Source: Macrostomum hystrix (taxonomy: Eukaryota; Animalia; Platyhelminthes). Taken from it: a DNA stretch of 64,000 nt. The notes below the pieces were generated by a model that saw nothing but the letters and a program-made list of their open reading frames with translations, did no database searches and had not been told where the DNA came from. The position numbers and the translations under genes are program-made. Shown piece after piece: positions 22,042 through 35,939 of this stretch. How positions within the stretch are numbered: the first letter of the stretch is position 1; every line of letters starts with the position of its first letter. The DNA lies in assembly GCA_950097015.1 (NCBI GenBank), contig CATNEN010000025.1, forward strand, positions 7,998,001-8,062,000. The letters run 5' to 3'.

Positions 22042-23959
22042 TATCGTGATTGCGCGAAATAAATATTTGTGCCCTTAAATTTATCAAGAACTCAAGATAC
22101 TAATATCGACCCAGTCTTGGAAAAAATCGTTGATCAGTTTAAATGTTAGACCTGAAAAGTTGTAGATTTGTCAAATTATCCCACTTGATTCTTTGAAAAC
22201 GAAGTTTTAAATACTCAAAGATCAGAATTAGTAAAAATGAATTTCAAATGCTAAAATATTCTAAGGTAATATTTCAAAAAATATAAGACGCTTTTCTAAC
22301 CCCAAAAGTTGAACAAAATTAAGAAATTTGCAACGCGTTTTTGTTAAAATACATTAAGCCGGCAAGATTGTAACACAATGTAACACGCGACTTGAAAATT
22401 TTTCTTCGTTCGTTTTTTATCGTTGGATTATAGCTAGAGTCCAAGCACCGATATCCGCATTCACTCTAGGAGGATGAGTTTGGGAAGCTAGCTGTTCCGC
22501 AAATTGAAAAAGTTGTTTTTAAGTTGTTAAAAACATGAATTCTTTGTGTAAGACAAATCAAAGTGAATACGATCGATAAATGGATGCTTTGCAGATCGGA
22601 CCTAAAAAGTTACATATAGCTCTTAGCCTAGATCTACACCAGTGACGAAGCGGTAAAGCGTCCGAATCTCGCACCAAAACGTTCCTGAGATTATCCGCAG
22701 CCATTGCTACATTAACTAATTTCACGGAGAAAGAGCAAGGACCAAATATTGCTAGGAGCAGATCTAGAAGAACGGCCGAATCTTTGTTTCTTGAAAATTT
22801 ATTAGAAAAGTAGGCTAGTTTACGCCAAAAAATGCAATACGCGGATCGTGAATTTTCAATTTTCACATTCAAACAAAGGATCGTATTTATTTGCGATAAG
22901 TGCTTACAGACCCAGTGTGGGCCTGTGTACTTTAAAAAAGCCCCTCTTATAGCTGGCAGCGATAAGTGTTTACAGGCCCCTGCAAATGTCTTTTTAATAT
23001 TTATTACTTCCTTCTAAGTTTACCATTTTCAGGATTTTCAGATTTTCAGTAATTGCGGGCTCGTACGTATTTGCCCATACAATATCTAGTAATTACTTGT
23101 AGAACAGACAACTTGCCATAGGAGAATTCAGAAAGTTGTGTGTGCGTGTGTGTGCGTGCGTGTGTGGCTGCTATATATTGATTTACCTTTCAGGTTCTAT
23201 TTGCCAGCCTGCTGCCGCAGGCCATATACGAGCTATAAGTTCATTTTGCGGGTGTTAGTTGGCGGATTCGGCTTATTCGTCGCGTTGCCATGGTCACTGA
23301 GGATGAGAATAGAAAGGTGTTTGTCCTTGTGAGGCATCGCACAGTCCACCTTCACTTTCTGCTGCTGCTGCTTTCTTGTCCCGAATTGTCCAATCCCCAT
23401 GCAGTGCGAGTCGGTCAAATCTCTCACAGTCACCTTCCCTCCCACAGGCTATAGTTAATGCCATCAGTCATTCGCCCTCCTCCTTCCACACCCCTCTGTG
23501 GGCTCGCTAGCTTGAGTCTGAGCCGCACCTTGCTCACCGCCGTCACTCTCTATATTTTCACCCACCTCTCGGGCTTTCCCAGTTCCTGCATATAGTTCTC
23601 ACTCAGCATCAATTTGGCAGTGGCAAAAGAACGATAGGTTGCACGAAAGCCTGTGCTGAAAGCCGAAAGGCAGAAATTGAAAGAAAATAAACGACACATT
23701 CCAAGTAAATTAAAAGTAGTTTGATAAAAATATATTATCAAATTCCCTGTTTTCAAGGTAAACCCTTTTTCTTCAATCTGTTTATTTTTGTTGCCATAGT
23801 GACAGAAGATTCGGTTTTCTGTTTCCTTAGAGACAACTGTTGAAATTGAAACTTTCTGTTGTCATGGTGAAGTAGTTAAAATAGTTCCCTTTCATACGTG
23901 CATTTTGCTTAGTAATTGTTAACTTGTTTCATCGTCCTTAAGAAAAACACTAGCTTAAT

Positions 23960-24122
23960 TTCATATGGGTACCAGCATCAGCTGGGCTAGAAATTTTGGA
24001 TGTGATGGCCACCCTGTCCATGGACTGTACAGTGTACAGCTATACACAGCTTTTTGGAGGAGTCGCGCAATAGCTGCGCCTGTGCCACTGGCTGTTCGTG
24101 TGGTCCGATTCGGGGTGGCATC
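23960..24122 (+). mobile_element. Diverged 5'-truncated copy of the same SINE
   Basis: ATGGGTACCAGCATCAGCTGGG..GTCCATGGACTG..CGCGCAATAGCTGCG aligns with the 3' half of the 45.6-45.9 kb copy. Confidence 0.75.
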
Positions 24123-24195
24123 ATTTCTACCTATATTACTATATTATATTCTAAAAGTACACAACATCCACCGTCGCTCCACCCAGCCAGTCTCG

Positions 24196-25086
24196 ATGGC
24201 TTCCGTCAGCCCCATCACCTCGGTTGAGCAGTTCAGCGCCGATCTGCGCTCGCTGAACCGCAGCCTGGCCCAGTGCAAGCTGCTCCTGCGGCAGCTCGGC
24301 ACTCAGGCCGACAGCCGGCGGCTGCGCGACGAGCTTCAGTCGCTGCTGCTGGACCGTCTCCTGGCCGGCCTGCACGCCGCCAAGGACGCCATCCTGCCGA
24401 CGATGCAGAGCCAGCAGGACGGCAGCGATCCGGCCTGGCGCGACTGGGAGGCCAGGTACGCCACTCTGGTGCAGACGGCCGAGTCGGCCGTGGAAAACGC
24501 GGACAGAGCGGCGGCGCTGATTGCGCGGGCCAGGCCGGGCCAGCCGCCAGTGCTGACGGGCGTCACCGAGGCGTTCCGCACCGGGCGCCGGTCGATCCTC
24601 GGACTGGGCAGTCGAAGCAGCTCACTGAGATCATCTCGCCGCGGCTCCATCGTCAGGGCTTCGTTGGCCAGTCCAGACGTCGACGCAGCTGCCGTAGCGT
24701 CGGTATCGTCGACAACGTCGTCGGTGGCTACAGCAGGCGTCACCGGCGCCCACGGGCTGATAGTTGAAGAGGAAGAAGGCGAGGAGGCCTTGTCGGAGCT
24801 GCGTCGCGAGGCGGCGACGGCTCGGCAGCTGGTCGAGCAGCTGCAATCGGCTGTCAGTGTGGCCCACTGGACTGTGCAGCACAGCCTGGACTTGGACTCC
24901 CTGTCAGCCATGGACGATGGAGACGGTGGCGGCGGTGGTGGTGGCGATGGAGGCGACGACTATGATGATGCCCTTGAGGAGACTATTCAGAAGGACTTTA
25001 GACGATTCACTGAGGCTGCCGACAAAGGAGAGATGGAGGGCGGACGCGGCGGCAGCCGGTTGAGCGGCTGTGTCTGGTGCAAGTGA
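24196..25086 (+). CDS. R7-RGS membrane anchor-like protein (R9AP/R7BP family, syntaxin-like fold), single exon, 296 aa
   Basis: QLGTQADSRRLRDELQ resembles the Habc-like N-terminus. PVLTGVT and LRREA..VEQLQSAVSVAHWTVQ recall R9AP (from memory: LVRTGVT, LEREV..MEMKVNVPRWTVQ). Ends GCVWCK. The upstream in-frame ATG at 23965 lies in a SINE, so 24196 is preferred. Confidence 0.7.
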   Translation: MASVSPITSVEQFSADLRSLNRSLAQCKLLLRQLGTQADSRRLRDELQSLLLDRLLAGLHAAKDAILPTMQSQQDGSDPAWRDWEARYATLVQTAESAVENADRAAALIARARPGQPPVLTGVTEAFRTGRRSILGLGSRSSSLRSSRRGSIVRASLASPDVDAAAVASVSSTTSSVATAGVTGAHGLIVEEEEGEEALSELRREAATARQLVEQLQSAVSVAHWTVQHSLDLDSLSAMDDGDGGGGGGGDGGDDYDDALEETIQKDFRRFTEAADKGEMEGGRGGSRLSGCVWCK

Positions 25087-25959
25087 CGATCGGTGTTTGC
25101 TGACTGCCTGCCGCATGTCGTATTGTTAAATCCGTCCTTTTTTAGATATGTTATATTTTAATAGATTTTCGCATAAGTAAATAAACGCATACGATCTAAA
25201 ATCTCTTTTGATAGCATCTGCTGAATCACTCAAAATTTTATAATAGTCGTATAATAAAAGATCATTTTCACAGTAGATTCATTTTCTTTGATAAAACAAG
25301 TGAGTTTCTTAACAAGTGAGTGAGAGTAATTGCTTTTAAATGGTAACTGACTGTTCTGCAATCGGTCCTAAATAAAGAAGCGGATCTCCTCCTTCGGACA
25401 CGATGTCGGCGAAGTGCTATTCTAAGAGAAATGTTCACTTCAAAATTCATCGAAGTGAATTGAGTCATCCACACAAGCTTTATAGTTTCGCTGCAGAACA
25501 CTGCACAAAGCATTTGAAAGAGGATAGTTCTCGGGTTCGGCTTTTGATTAAACTCTGCCGCTATCCAGCCTGTGTCTCTCTCAATCTCTCTTCCGTGTCG
25601 GTGCATACGCAGCTCGGATAGAGCTAGCTAGTCACTAATTGCAGCGCATGCCCAAGTGCCAAGCTTGGATCTGACTTGACGCGGCTTAATTTTAAGTGTG
25701 CCGTCTAAAGATACAGGCGACTGAGTGCGTGTAAGTCAACAGACGCAGAGAGCGCGATGGCTCCTTCAAGAGGAGAAAAAACGAAGCTACTGGCATCACT
25801 GAACCCACCTGAAATAGTTAAGTGCCCGTACGTTCAGTCTCAATTAGCGCAGACAGATGACTGACTTCTGAGTTCTGAAAGAAATGGAGAAAAATACGTA
25901 GAACAAAAACTGACACATACAAGAGCATGGAGTCCAGCCCATGCAGAGAGTTAATATAT

Positions 25960-27336
25960 GAGAGAGTTAGGACACGGAAGAGATAGGACACTAGATACAG
26001 GAGACAGGGAGAGATGAGACACTGGAGAAATGAGACAGGGGAGAGATAAGACAGGAGAAAGATGAGACAGGGGAGAGATGAGACACGGGAGAGATGAGAC
26101 ACGGGAGAGATGAGACAGGGGAGAGATGAGACAGGGGAGAGATGAGACACGGGAGAGATGAGTCAGGGGAGAGATGAGACACGGGAGAGATGAGACACGG
26201 GAGAGATGAGTCAGGGGAGAGATGAGACACGGGAGAGATGAGACACGGGAGAGATGAGACACGGGAGAGATGAGACACGGGAGTGATGAGTCAGGGAGAG
26301 ATAAGACACGGGAGAGATGAGACACGGGGAGAGATGAGACACGGGAGAGATAAGACACGGGAGAGATGAGACATAGGGGAGAGATGAGACACAGGGGAGA
26401 GATGATACACGGGAGTGATGAGTCAGGGAGAGATAAGACACGGGAGAGATGAGACACAGGGGAGAGATAAGACACAGGGGAGAGATGAGACACGGGAGAG
26501 ATGAGACACGGGAGAGATGATACACGGGAGTGATGAGTCAGGGAGAGATAAGATACGGGAGAGATGAGACATAGGGGAGAGATGAGACACGGGAGAGATG
26601 AGACACGGGAGAGATGATACACGGGAGTGATGAGTCAGGGAGAGATAAGACACGGGAGAGATGAGACACAGGGGAGAGATGAGACACAGGGGAGAGATGA
26701 GACACAGGAGAGATAAGACACGGGACAGATGAGACATAGGGGAGAGATGAGACACAGGGGAGAGATGAGACACGGGAGAGATGAGACACGGGAGAGATGA
26801 TACACGGGAGTGATGAGTCAGGGAGAGATAAGATACGGGAGAGATGAGACATAGGGGAGAGATGAGACACGGGAGAGATGAGACACGGGAGAGATGATAC
26901 ACGGGAGTGATGAGTCAGGGAGAGATAAGACACGGGAGAGATGAGACACAGGGGAGAGATGAGACACAGGGGAGAGATGAGACACAGGGGAGAGATGAGA
27001 CACAGGGGAGAGATGAGACACGGGAGAGATGAGACACGGGAGAGATGAGACACGGGAAAGATGAGACATAGGGGAGAGATGAGACACAGGGGAGAGATGA
27101 GACACGGGAGAGATGAGACACGGGAGAGATGAGACACGGGAGTGATGAGTCAGGGAGAGATAAGATACGGGAGAGATGAGACAGGGGAGATATGAGACAC
27201 AGTGGAGAGATGAGACACGGGAGAGATGAGTCAGGGAGAGATAAGACACGGGAGGGAGCTAGACACAGGGGAGAGATGAGGCAGTGGATAGCTGAGACAT
27301 GGGCATTGGCCGACAGGAGGGTGATTGCCGACTCTT
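25960..27336 (-). mobile_element. Degenerate MITE family A copy with about 1.3-kb 16-bp array (GAGAGATGAGACACGG on +)
   Basis: The array unit is the reverse complement of the family A unit. The right flank ATGGGCATTGGCCG...GATTGCCGACTCTT resembles the reverse-complemented MITE left end and TIR. Confidence 0.65.
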
Positions 27337-27974
27337 TTTCGGCGGGAGTAAAAGAGACGACAATTGTCAAATAAAAAGTGCAGCAGAAAAGGCTAGTCAC
27401 CAAGCAGTTTCAACCGGATCGGCCCCTGTCAGACGTTTGAGTCAGAAGCGATCAGCTGGTCACGAAAAGCCCGTCCCCCAGGCGGCCAGTTTAATTCCCC
27501 CACCCTCCTTCCCAGGTCTGCCTATCCGCGACTCGATTCCTCGTTTAGCAGAATCTAATTAATGTGCCTTCGCCGTGGGGCTAGCCGACCGATTGACTTC
27601 GCTCGCTGCCCTATCGCACGCACAGCCGGGCTGATTGACTTCGGAAAAAGCCTGGCCTTTAAAAGAAAAGGATTCCTCACTACAGGAGTGGGGCGCGTGG
27701 GAAAAAAACTGTCGAGTGAATTTAATGTGAGGATTTTCTAGAAAGATTTTAAATGACTAAGGATTTTTAGATTTTCTATAGTTAATTATGCTCAGTCTCA
27801 GATATGGGAACTTTTTACAGGCTGATAATACAGCGGAATAGGGATTTGGGATACTTTTGAGATTCCAGTTCTAAGTTAAGATTAGTTGATCCACCTGATT
27901 TACTGATCTTCGGTGTCCACTAACCACACACAAGGTTATAAATAAATTAAATAAAGAGGAAGGCAAACAAACAA

Positions 27975-28021
27975 ACGGATGGGCAGGTAGACAGACAGAC
28001 AGACAGACAGACAGACACACT

Positions 28022-28061
<40 letters not shown>

Positions 28062-28081
28062 CACAGACAGACAGACACAAT

Positions 28082-28169
<88 letters not shown>

Positions 28170-28212
28170 CACTGACAGACAGACAGACAGACAGAAAGAC
28201 AGGCAGACAGAC
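27975..28212. repeat. (GACA)n microsatellite
   Basis: Direct reading. Confidence 0.95.
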
Positions 28213-28849
28213 GGACACACAGGCCGGTAGACACAGATACAAGCATGAAAATGTGTCAATAAATGAAGTCATAACATAGCAAAGTAAATAGCCTTTTGTC
28301 ACATACTCAAAAGCTCTAGCGTTAATGAACCAGACAGAAATAGGACACTTTTAATTTTGTTTCCAATCGGTTTACGAAAGATTATTGACTGCGCCAGTCA
28401 GCTTGGTCGCAAAATTATCTAAACAATCATAAAAACTGATTGCATTACAGAGATAACATTAGGCTCATACAGTGGTAATAGACAGCTAATAGTTGAACAG
28501 ACAGTTGCAGTCGGTGGAAACAAGAAGGGCTTTGGCGATCGTGCGAACAAGAGGGTCAAGAGAGCTAGAGACGCAGCTAGAGCAGAACCAAACTAAAAAA
28601 AGTAACGAAAACTCAGACTTCGAGTACGTCAATGTCAAATTATCAAAATATCAAAACTGTGCCCACTTGTCTGCGTAGAAAACAGCAAATTTCAGTTTTC
28701 AATTGCATGTCTAGGCAACCAAATCGGCTCCGATGTGTGGGTCTGTGGGTCAGACAGTGCGTTGAACTCACAGACGAGCTACAAGTAAAAGCATGAACTT
28801 CGCGAGTCAAGTGAGTCAAAAATTATTTGAATCAGGTTGATAAATACTC

Positions 28850-29090
28850 AGGTCAGGTGGGTCAACTAGGCTAGGCTTGGGTCAGGTGGGTCAACTGATC
28901 AAGGCTTGGGTCAGGTGGGTCAATGATCTAGGCTTGGGTCAGGTGGGTCAACTGATCTAGGCTTGGGTCAGGTGAGTCAACTGATCTAGGCTTGGGTCAG
29001 GTGGGTCAACTGATCTAGGCTTGGGTCAGGTGGGTCAACTGATCAAGGCTTGGGTCAGGTGGGTCAACTCATCTAGGCCTGGGTCAGGTA
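28850..29090. repeat. 29-bp minisatellite (CTGATCTAGGCTTGGGTCAGGTGGGTCAA)
   Basis: About 8 units. Confidence 0.9.
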
Positions 29091-30069
29091 GGTTTGTATT
29101 TTCGCCATAAAATACAACAGGACTGACCCAATGACCCAAAAAATCGAACATTTAATTTTTCAGGTGGATAAAAAGGTGTAAAATGTGAGCTTGGATTAAA
29201 ATAGCGCGGATTGAAAGTAATTTTTTCTGTCAGATGTGGCTTTTTAACGCTGTCCGATTAGAATAGATTAATAAGTCAAGCGACAGAAGAAATCTACGCA
29301 ACTGTATACATATTGAGCATAAGAGCCGGTTTGCAAAAAAAGCTTTTAAAGCCTCCGTTTAGAGGGTTTATATAAAAGCTTAAGCCTCATAAAAGCTATT
29401 AATATTTTTATTAGAAAAGTTACCTTAAAGATCTCACATGTAAATCGGCTCTTTTTAAACAGCACCGTGATATTTTGTATAGTTGATTTGCAAGATACGC
29501 ATGTTACTACTGGCCTAAATTTTTATAGTAGTATTATTATACCATATTGCCAAAGGAATGCCGCTTATAATAATATATATTAAATTTCTAAGATGAAATT
29601 AAGGGACAGGCACGGCAAAAAGCGGAAAGTGCAGAATAAGAAGAAAAGCAAAATAAGATACTACTAATTTACTTATTCTACTACTGACAATGGTGCTAAG
29701 TAGTAAGCAAATAAAAGTCAATACAAAACGAATATAGAGTTCTCGAATTAATTTTTTTTCAATTTTGTGACAGATGATACACAATACGTATCCTCAGTAC
29801 TGTAGATTCATACTATTATAAACAGCAATTTGTTTTAGACGCTAACCCTTAACAGTAACAAAAACACAATTTCAAATAGGAATATATAGTAGTAAAACAG
29901 AACTGCTGCGAATGGATTAGAACACGGGAACAGGGGCGGCAGGCACACAATGAGAGAAAATATAGAATTGAAACTGTCACACTGCATCATTCTGCAGGAT
30001 TCTGTCTAGATACGAATCACAAACAAAAATAGTTTAAATTGATCATTCAGGCGTCACGTTAAGCAAGTG

Positions 30070-31730
30070 ATCGGGATCAACCTGTCGTCATTGGGATCAA
30101 TCTGTCGACATTGGGATCAACCTGTTGACATTGGGATCAATCTGTTGACATTGGGATCAATCTGTTGACATTGGGATCAATCTGTTGACATTGGGATCAA
30201 TCTGTTGACATTGGGATCAATCTGTTGACATTGGGATCAATCTGTTGACATTGGGATCAATCTGTTGACATTGGGATCAACCTGTCGTCATTGGGATCAA
30301 TCTGTCGACATTGGGATCAACCTGTTGACATTGGGATCAATCTGTTGACATTGGGATCAATCTGTTGACATTGGGATCAACCTGTTGACATTGGGATCAA
30401 TCTGTTGACATTGGGATCAATCTGTTGACATTGGGATCAATCTGTTGACATTGGGATCAATCTTTCGACATTGGGATCAATCTGTTGACATTGGGATCAA
30501 CCTGTTGACATTGGGATCAATATGTTGACATTGGGGTCAATCTGTTGACATTGGGATCAATCTGTTGACATTGGGATCAATCTTTCGACATTGGGATCAA
30601 CCTGTTGACATTGGGATCAATCTTTCGACATTGGGATCAATCTGTCGACATTGGGATCAACCTGTTGACATTGGGATCAATCTGTCTACATTGGGATCAA
30701 TCTGTCGACATTGGGATCAACCTGTTGACATTGGGATCAATCTGTTGACATTGGTATCAATCTGTCGACATTGGGATCAACCTGTTAACATTGGGATAAA
30801 TCTGTCGACATTGGGATCAATCTGTCGACATTGGGATCAACCTGTTGACATTGGGATCAATCTGTCGACATTGGGATCAACCTGTTGACATTGGGATCAA
30901 CCTGTTGACATTGGGATCAATATGTTGACATTGGGGTCAATCTGTTGACATTGGGATCAATCTGTTGACATTGGGATCAATCTTTCGACATTGGGATCAA
31001 CCTGTTGACATTGGGATCAATCTTTCGACATTGGGATCAATCTGTCGACATTGGGATCAATCTGTCGACATTGGGATCAACCTGTTGACATTGGGATCAA
31101 TCTGTTGACATTGGGATCAATCTGTTGACATTGGGATCAACCTGTTAAGATTGGGATCAATCTGTCGACATTGGGATCAACCTGTTGACATTGGGATCAA
31201 TCTGTCGACATTGGGATCAACCTGTTGACATTGGGATCAACCTGTTGACATTGGGATCAATATGTCGACATTGGGATCAATCTGTTGACATTGGGATCAA
31301 TCCTGTCGACATTGGGATCAATCCTTTCGACTATTGGGATCAATCTGTCGACATTGAGATCAATATGTCGACATTGGGATCAATCTGTCGACATTGGGAT
31401 CAACCTGTTGACATTGGGATCAATCTGTTGACATTGGGATCAATCTGTCGACATTGGGATCAACCTGTTAACATTGGGATCAATCTGTCGACATTGGGAT
31501 CAACCTGTTGACATTGGGATCAATCTGTTGACATTGGGATCAACCTTTTGACATTGGGATCAACCTGTTGACATTGGGATCAATATGTTGACATTGGGAT
31601 CAATCTGTTGACATTGGGATCAACCTGTTAACATTGGGATCAATCTTTCGACATTGGGATCAATCTGTCGACATTGAGATCAATATGTCGACATTGGGAT
31701 CAATCTTTCGACATTAGGATCAATCTACTG
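30070..31730. repeat. 20-bp minisatellite (TTGACATTGGGATCAATCTG), downstream of the SPTLC1 stop
   Basis: About 80 units. Confidence 0.95.
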
Positions 31731-31816
31731 ATTTTGGGATCGATCAATCGGAATCGGATTTCAGTTTTCTTAACCAGCAAAACAAGAGATCGAGATCTAG
31801 TCCGCAGCATGATTGT

Positions 31817-34800
31817 TCACTCCTTTTTACCAGCCAGCAGTCCTTTGGCGTAAGACTTCAAGAATTGCAACAGCAAGTCGACCTCACTGTCGGCATGATT
31901 GCAGTTGATCGACAGTCGAATCGACGGCTCCGGTTGACCGAGATCTTGGGCGACGTAGCGGGCCACAGTCAGCAGTAGGCCGGCTTTTGACGCGGCGGAG
32001 CTGGCGGCCTCCAAGGCTGGCAAACTGTTGCCAATGCCCGAAGCCAAACGCAGGTGCTTGATCGGGGATATTGGCACACCTTCAACAGTCCACAGGTTGG
32101 CTAGTTCGCTAACTAAACGCTGGTGAATCTGTTCGCTAATGGATTTCAACCGGCGCGTCCTCTCGCCGCTCATCTCGTCCATCATGGTCAGAGCCTCGCA
32201 GGCGGCGGCGGCTAGCATCGGCGGCAGGCTGGCCGAGAAGCAGTAGCCCAGACCGCTGAGGCGCTGATGATCCACCACGTATCTGGGCGATGTTTCGGTT
32301 GATGGCTTAAATAAGGGGTCTGCACACTCCGGCCCGCGGGCCAGATGCGGCCCTCGAAACTCCCAAATACGGCCTGCTGCCCCTTCCGACTCCTACAGTA
32401 TCCTGCTTCATCTTTCCCTGTGTCATCTCTCTTCAGTCTCGTGTCTCCCGTGTCTCATCTCTCCCGTGTCTCGTCTCTCCTGTGTCTCATCTTTCCCGTG
32501 TCTCATCTCTCCCGTGTCTCCTCTTTCCCGTGTCTCCTCTTTCCCGTGTCTCATCTCTCCCCTGTCTCCTCTATCCTGTGTCTCATCTCTCCCGTGTCTC
32601 CTCTTTCCCGTGTCTCATCTCTCCCCTGTCTCCTCTATCCTGTGTCTCATCTCTCCCCTGTCTCCTCTATCCTGTGTCTCATCTCTCCCCTGTCTCCTCT
32701 ATCCTGTGTCTTATCTCTCCCGTGTCTCATCTCTCCTGTCTCTCATCTCTCCCGTGTCTCATCTTTCCCGTGACTCATCTCTCCCATGCCTCATCTCTCC
32801 CGTATCTCATCTCTCCTATGTCTCATTCTCCCGTGTCTTATATCTCCCCTGTCTCATCTCTCCCTTGTCTCATCTATCCCGTGTCTCATCTCTCCTGTGT
32901 CTCATCTCTCCCATGTCTCATCTCTCCCATGTCTCATCTCTCCCGTGTCTCATCTCTCCCGTGTCTCATCTCTGCCGTGTCTCAACTCTCCCGTGTCTCA
33001 TCTCTCCCGTGTCTCATCTCTCCCCTGTCTCCTCTATCCTGTGTCTCATCTCTCCCGTGTCTCATCTCTCCCCTGTCTCCTCTATCCTGTGTCTCATCTC
33101 TCCCCTGTCTCCTCTATCCTGTGTCTTATCTCTCCCGTGTCTTATCTCTCCTGTGTCTTATCTCTCCTGTGTCTTATCTCTCCTGTGTCTTATCTCTCCC
33201 GTGTCTCCTCTATCCCGTGTCTAATCTCTTCCTAATCTCGTATTTCTATAGTCGAATCGGCACGCTGTCGTCTTTTAGGTTCTCTCTTTTCGTGCCTTTT
33301 TTCGATAATCATATCAGAGCAAAATAGAAACAATCGATACTCCGTAGAAATATAACGGAGGGTATTTCAAATACCCACATTTTTTTCTTTATCTTCTAAA
33401 AGTTTCTACTAATCGCCATGAAAATGCAGAACACGGGCTAGAATTATCCGCTCTAGCCGATGAAACAACTTCCAGAATCACAAAACAGCATCATCTTCGA
33501 GATATTCAAGGATTTTCGTTGGGTTGTCTCGTATTAGCCTATTTTGGAAATATCATACCGCTTCCCAAATCCCCATATCAATAATAAAGTATAACTAACC
33601 AGACAAAAAAAATATCACTAGATACTAAATTCCCAGTTGCAAAGCGATTCCACTAAAAACCAGAGCTCACCGCAGCTAATAAACTCACTTGGTGCCAACC
33701 ACAAAGCCGCCCTGTGTAGCCAGGGCATTCTCGATACCAGCCGCGATCAAGTCCACATCCTGGACGCTGACGTTGGCCTCCTCGCAGGCGCCCCGGCCGG
33801 TGGCGCCAAGAGTGCCAAGGCTGGCGCTTTCCTCCAGGAACAGGCGCACCTTGTACTTGTACTTTAGGCGCACCAGCTCGGCCAGTGGACAGATGTCGCC
33901 GCAGTTGACGTAGAGCCCCTCCGCGACGATGAATTTTCTAGTGACGCGCGCCTTCTTTGGATCACGCCGATCGTGCTCCGCCTGGCGCTGCAGCAGCTCC
34001 TCCAGGTGGGCGACGTCGTTGTGCTTGAAGCGAACGATCTTGCTGCGCGAGGCTTCCAGGCCTGATTTAGTGCGGACCAAGGTGGAAAAGGTGGGATCCT
34101 CTATTAACAATTTAAACACTCTCTGCCACTGATGTACATACTCTCTATCCACTGATGTACATACTCTCTATCCACTGATGTACATACTCTCTATCCACTG
34201 ATGTACATACTCTCTATCCACTGATGTACATACTCTCTATACACTGATGTACATACTCTCTATCCACTGATGTACATACTCTCTATCCACTGATATACAT
34301 ACTCTCTATCCACTGATGTACAGAACTCTCTATCCACTGATGTACATACTCTCTATCCATTGATGTAAACTCTCTATCTACTAATGTACATACTCTATAT
34401 CTACTAATGAACACACTGTCTACTAATGTACATACTGTCTGTCTACTAATGTACACATTGAACCAACTAATGTACACATTGAACCAACTAATGTACACAT
34501 TGAACCAACTAATGTACACATTGAACCAACTAATGTACACATTGAACCAACTAATGTACACATTGAACCAACTAATGTACACATTGAACCAACTAATGTA
34601 CACATTGAACCAACTAATGTGCACATTGAACCAACTAATGTACACATTGAACCAACTAATGTACACATTGAACCAACTAATGTACACATTGAACCAACTA
34701 ATGTACATACTGTATTTACTAATGCAGTACATACCGCCTATGAGTGACTAGACATCCTCCTCGAATGTACAAGTAACAAGCTACAAGGCTAAAATGAGCA

Positions 34801-35686
34801 AGAGGGCACAGAATGTGTCGCACCCTGTTGAATAGCAAAGCAGCACCGTTCGTCGGCAAAGATAATATCGTGACGCTTGGCATAGGAAGGAATGGCCGAT
34901 GCGATGGTAGAGAATCCGTAGGAGTACAGGACAGCCTCTTCGCAGCCGAAGAATTTGGCTAGCTGCTCCTCCAGCTGCAGGTGGACGTCCATAGTGCCGT
35001 AGAAGCCGCGTGGGCCGCAGCTGCCAACTCCGTAGTGACGAAGGCTGGACAAGGCGCGGTCGCGAATTCTGGATTCGCCGACAAAGTCAAGAAAATTGCC
35101 GGTGGCAAAGTTGACCAGGGTGCGGCCGTCCGCGTACGTTACGCTGCGGCCCACCTGTAAATTTAGAAAGCCAAACTGGCTATTATACTTTTCGACTTTT
35201 TTGGTCGAATATGACTGAGAGTTTTATCTCTGTGAGTGTACATTGGGGGTAGAGTTTTATCTCTCTTCGATGTACATTAGAGGTAGAATTTCGGCTCTCT
35301 TTGATGTACATTGGGGGGTAGAGTTTTATCTTTCTTCGAGTGTACATTAGGGGTAAAACAAAAAATGAAATAGGAAACACAAAGGGTAGGCGCACCTGAG
35401 ACGTGGCGCATCGCTGGTAACTGGCCAGCAAGTTCTCGTCGGGCTGAACATCGCCGCTGACGAGCGGCTCGGGGCGCCACTCCGCAATCAGCTGGTCCTC
35501 TTCGGCTTTAGTCAATCGATCGCCGCGTTTTCTAGAGGGCAAAAACGAACGCTGAAAAAGTAGGCCGACTATAAATAGAATTAAGCAGCCTTCAAACACC
35601 AGGTGATAGGTTGGGGCGCTATATATAGCATCGATGAGGTCCTTGAACTCCCAGGACACTTCTGATTCGGCCATGGTCATCAACAT
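31817..35686 (-). CDS. SPTLC1: Serine palmitoyltransferase subunit 1 (LCB1)
   Basis: Exons 35686-35396, 35154-34824, 34061-33689, 32282-31817. N-terminal TM segment; motifs [65 protein letters not shown]. Confidence 0.93.
32313..33290 (+). mobile_element. MITE family A copy, right TIR lost, expanded 16-bp array
   Basis: Left end AAGGGGTCTGCACACTCCGGCCCGCGGGCCAGATGCGGCCCTCG aligns with 41870. Same repeat unit over about 32410-33230. Shares the AGGTTCTCTCTTT subterminal motif. Confidence 0.85.
34125..34730. repeat. Compound 23-bp (CTCTCTATCCACTGATGTACATA) then 21-bp (TAATGTACACATTGAACCAAC) minisatellites
   Basis: Periods 23 and 21 read directly; SPTLC1 intron 2. Confidence 0.9.
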
Positions 35687-35939
35687 ATTGATGGCGACGG
35701 CTTGCAGACTAACTGAAAGTGATTGCGGTATGAGAGTAAACATTACCTATTTGAAACGACTGTTGGATATTTTGAAATTTTGAACAATTTCCCTTAACAA
35801 GTTAGAGGTAACCACTTTACATGTGGAATTATGAGTATGCAGGCTTGCTGGGGTAGAAAATATTTCGGTGCTAAGTGTACATTCCGGAAGGAAGTTTGGT
35901 CGGTGCTGGATTTTAATTTGACATTAGGATTTCCGTTAA

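Noticed and set aside
22558-22872. 104-aa minus-strand ORF upstream of ATP6V1H
   Set aside because: No recognisable motif or splice linkage; it lies in the probable divergent promoter region.
23965-24195. 77-aa N-terminal extension of the R9AP-like ORF
   Set aside because: The ATG and most codons lie within a decayed SINE copy and an AT-rich acceptor-like stretch; family similarity begins after 24196.
30070-31730. CRISPR array or other repeat-spacer system (also considered for the other arrays)
   Set aside because: Units are contiguous with no unique spacers, there are no cas genes, and the context is eukaryotic.
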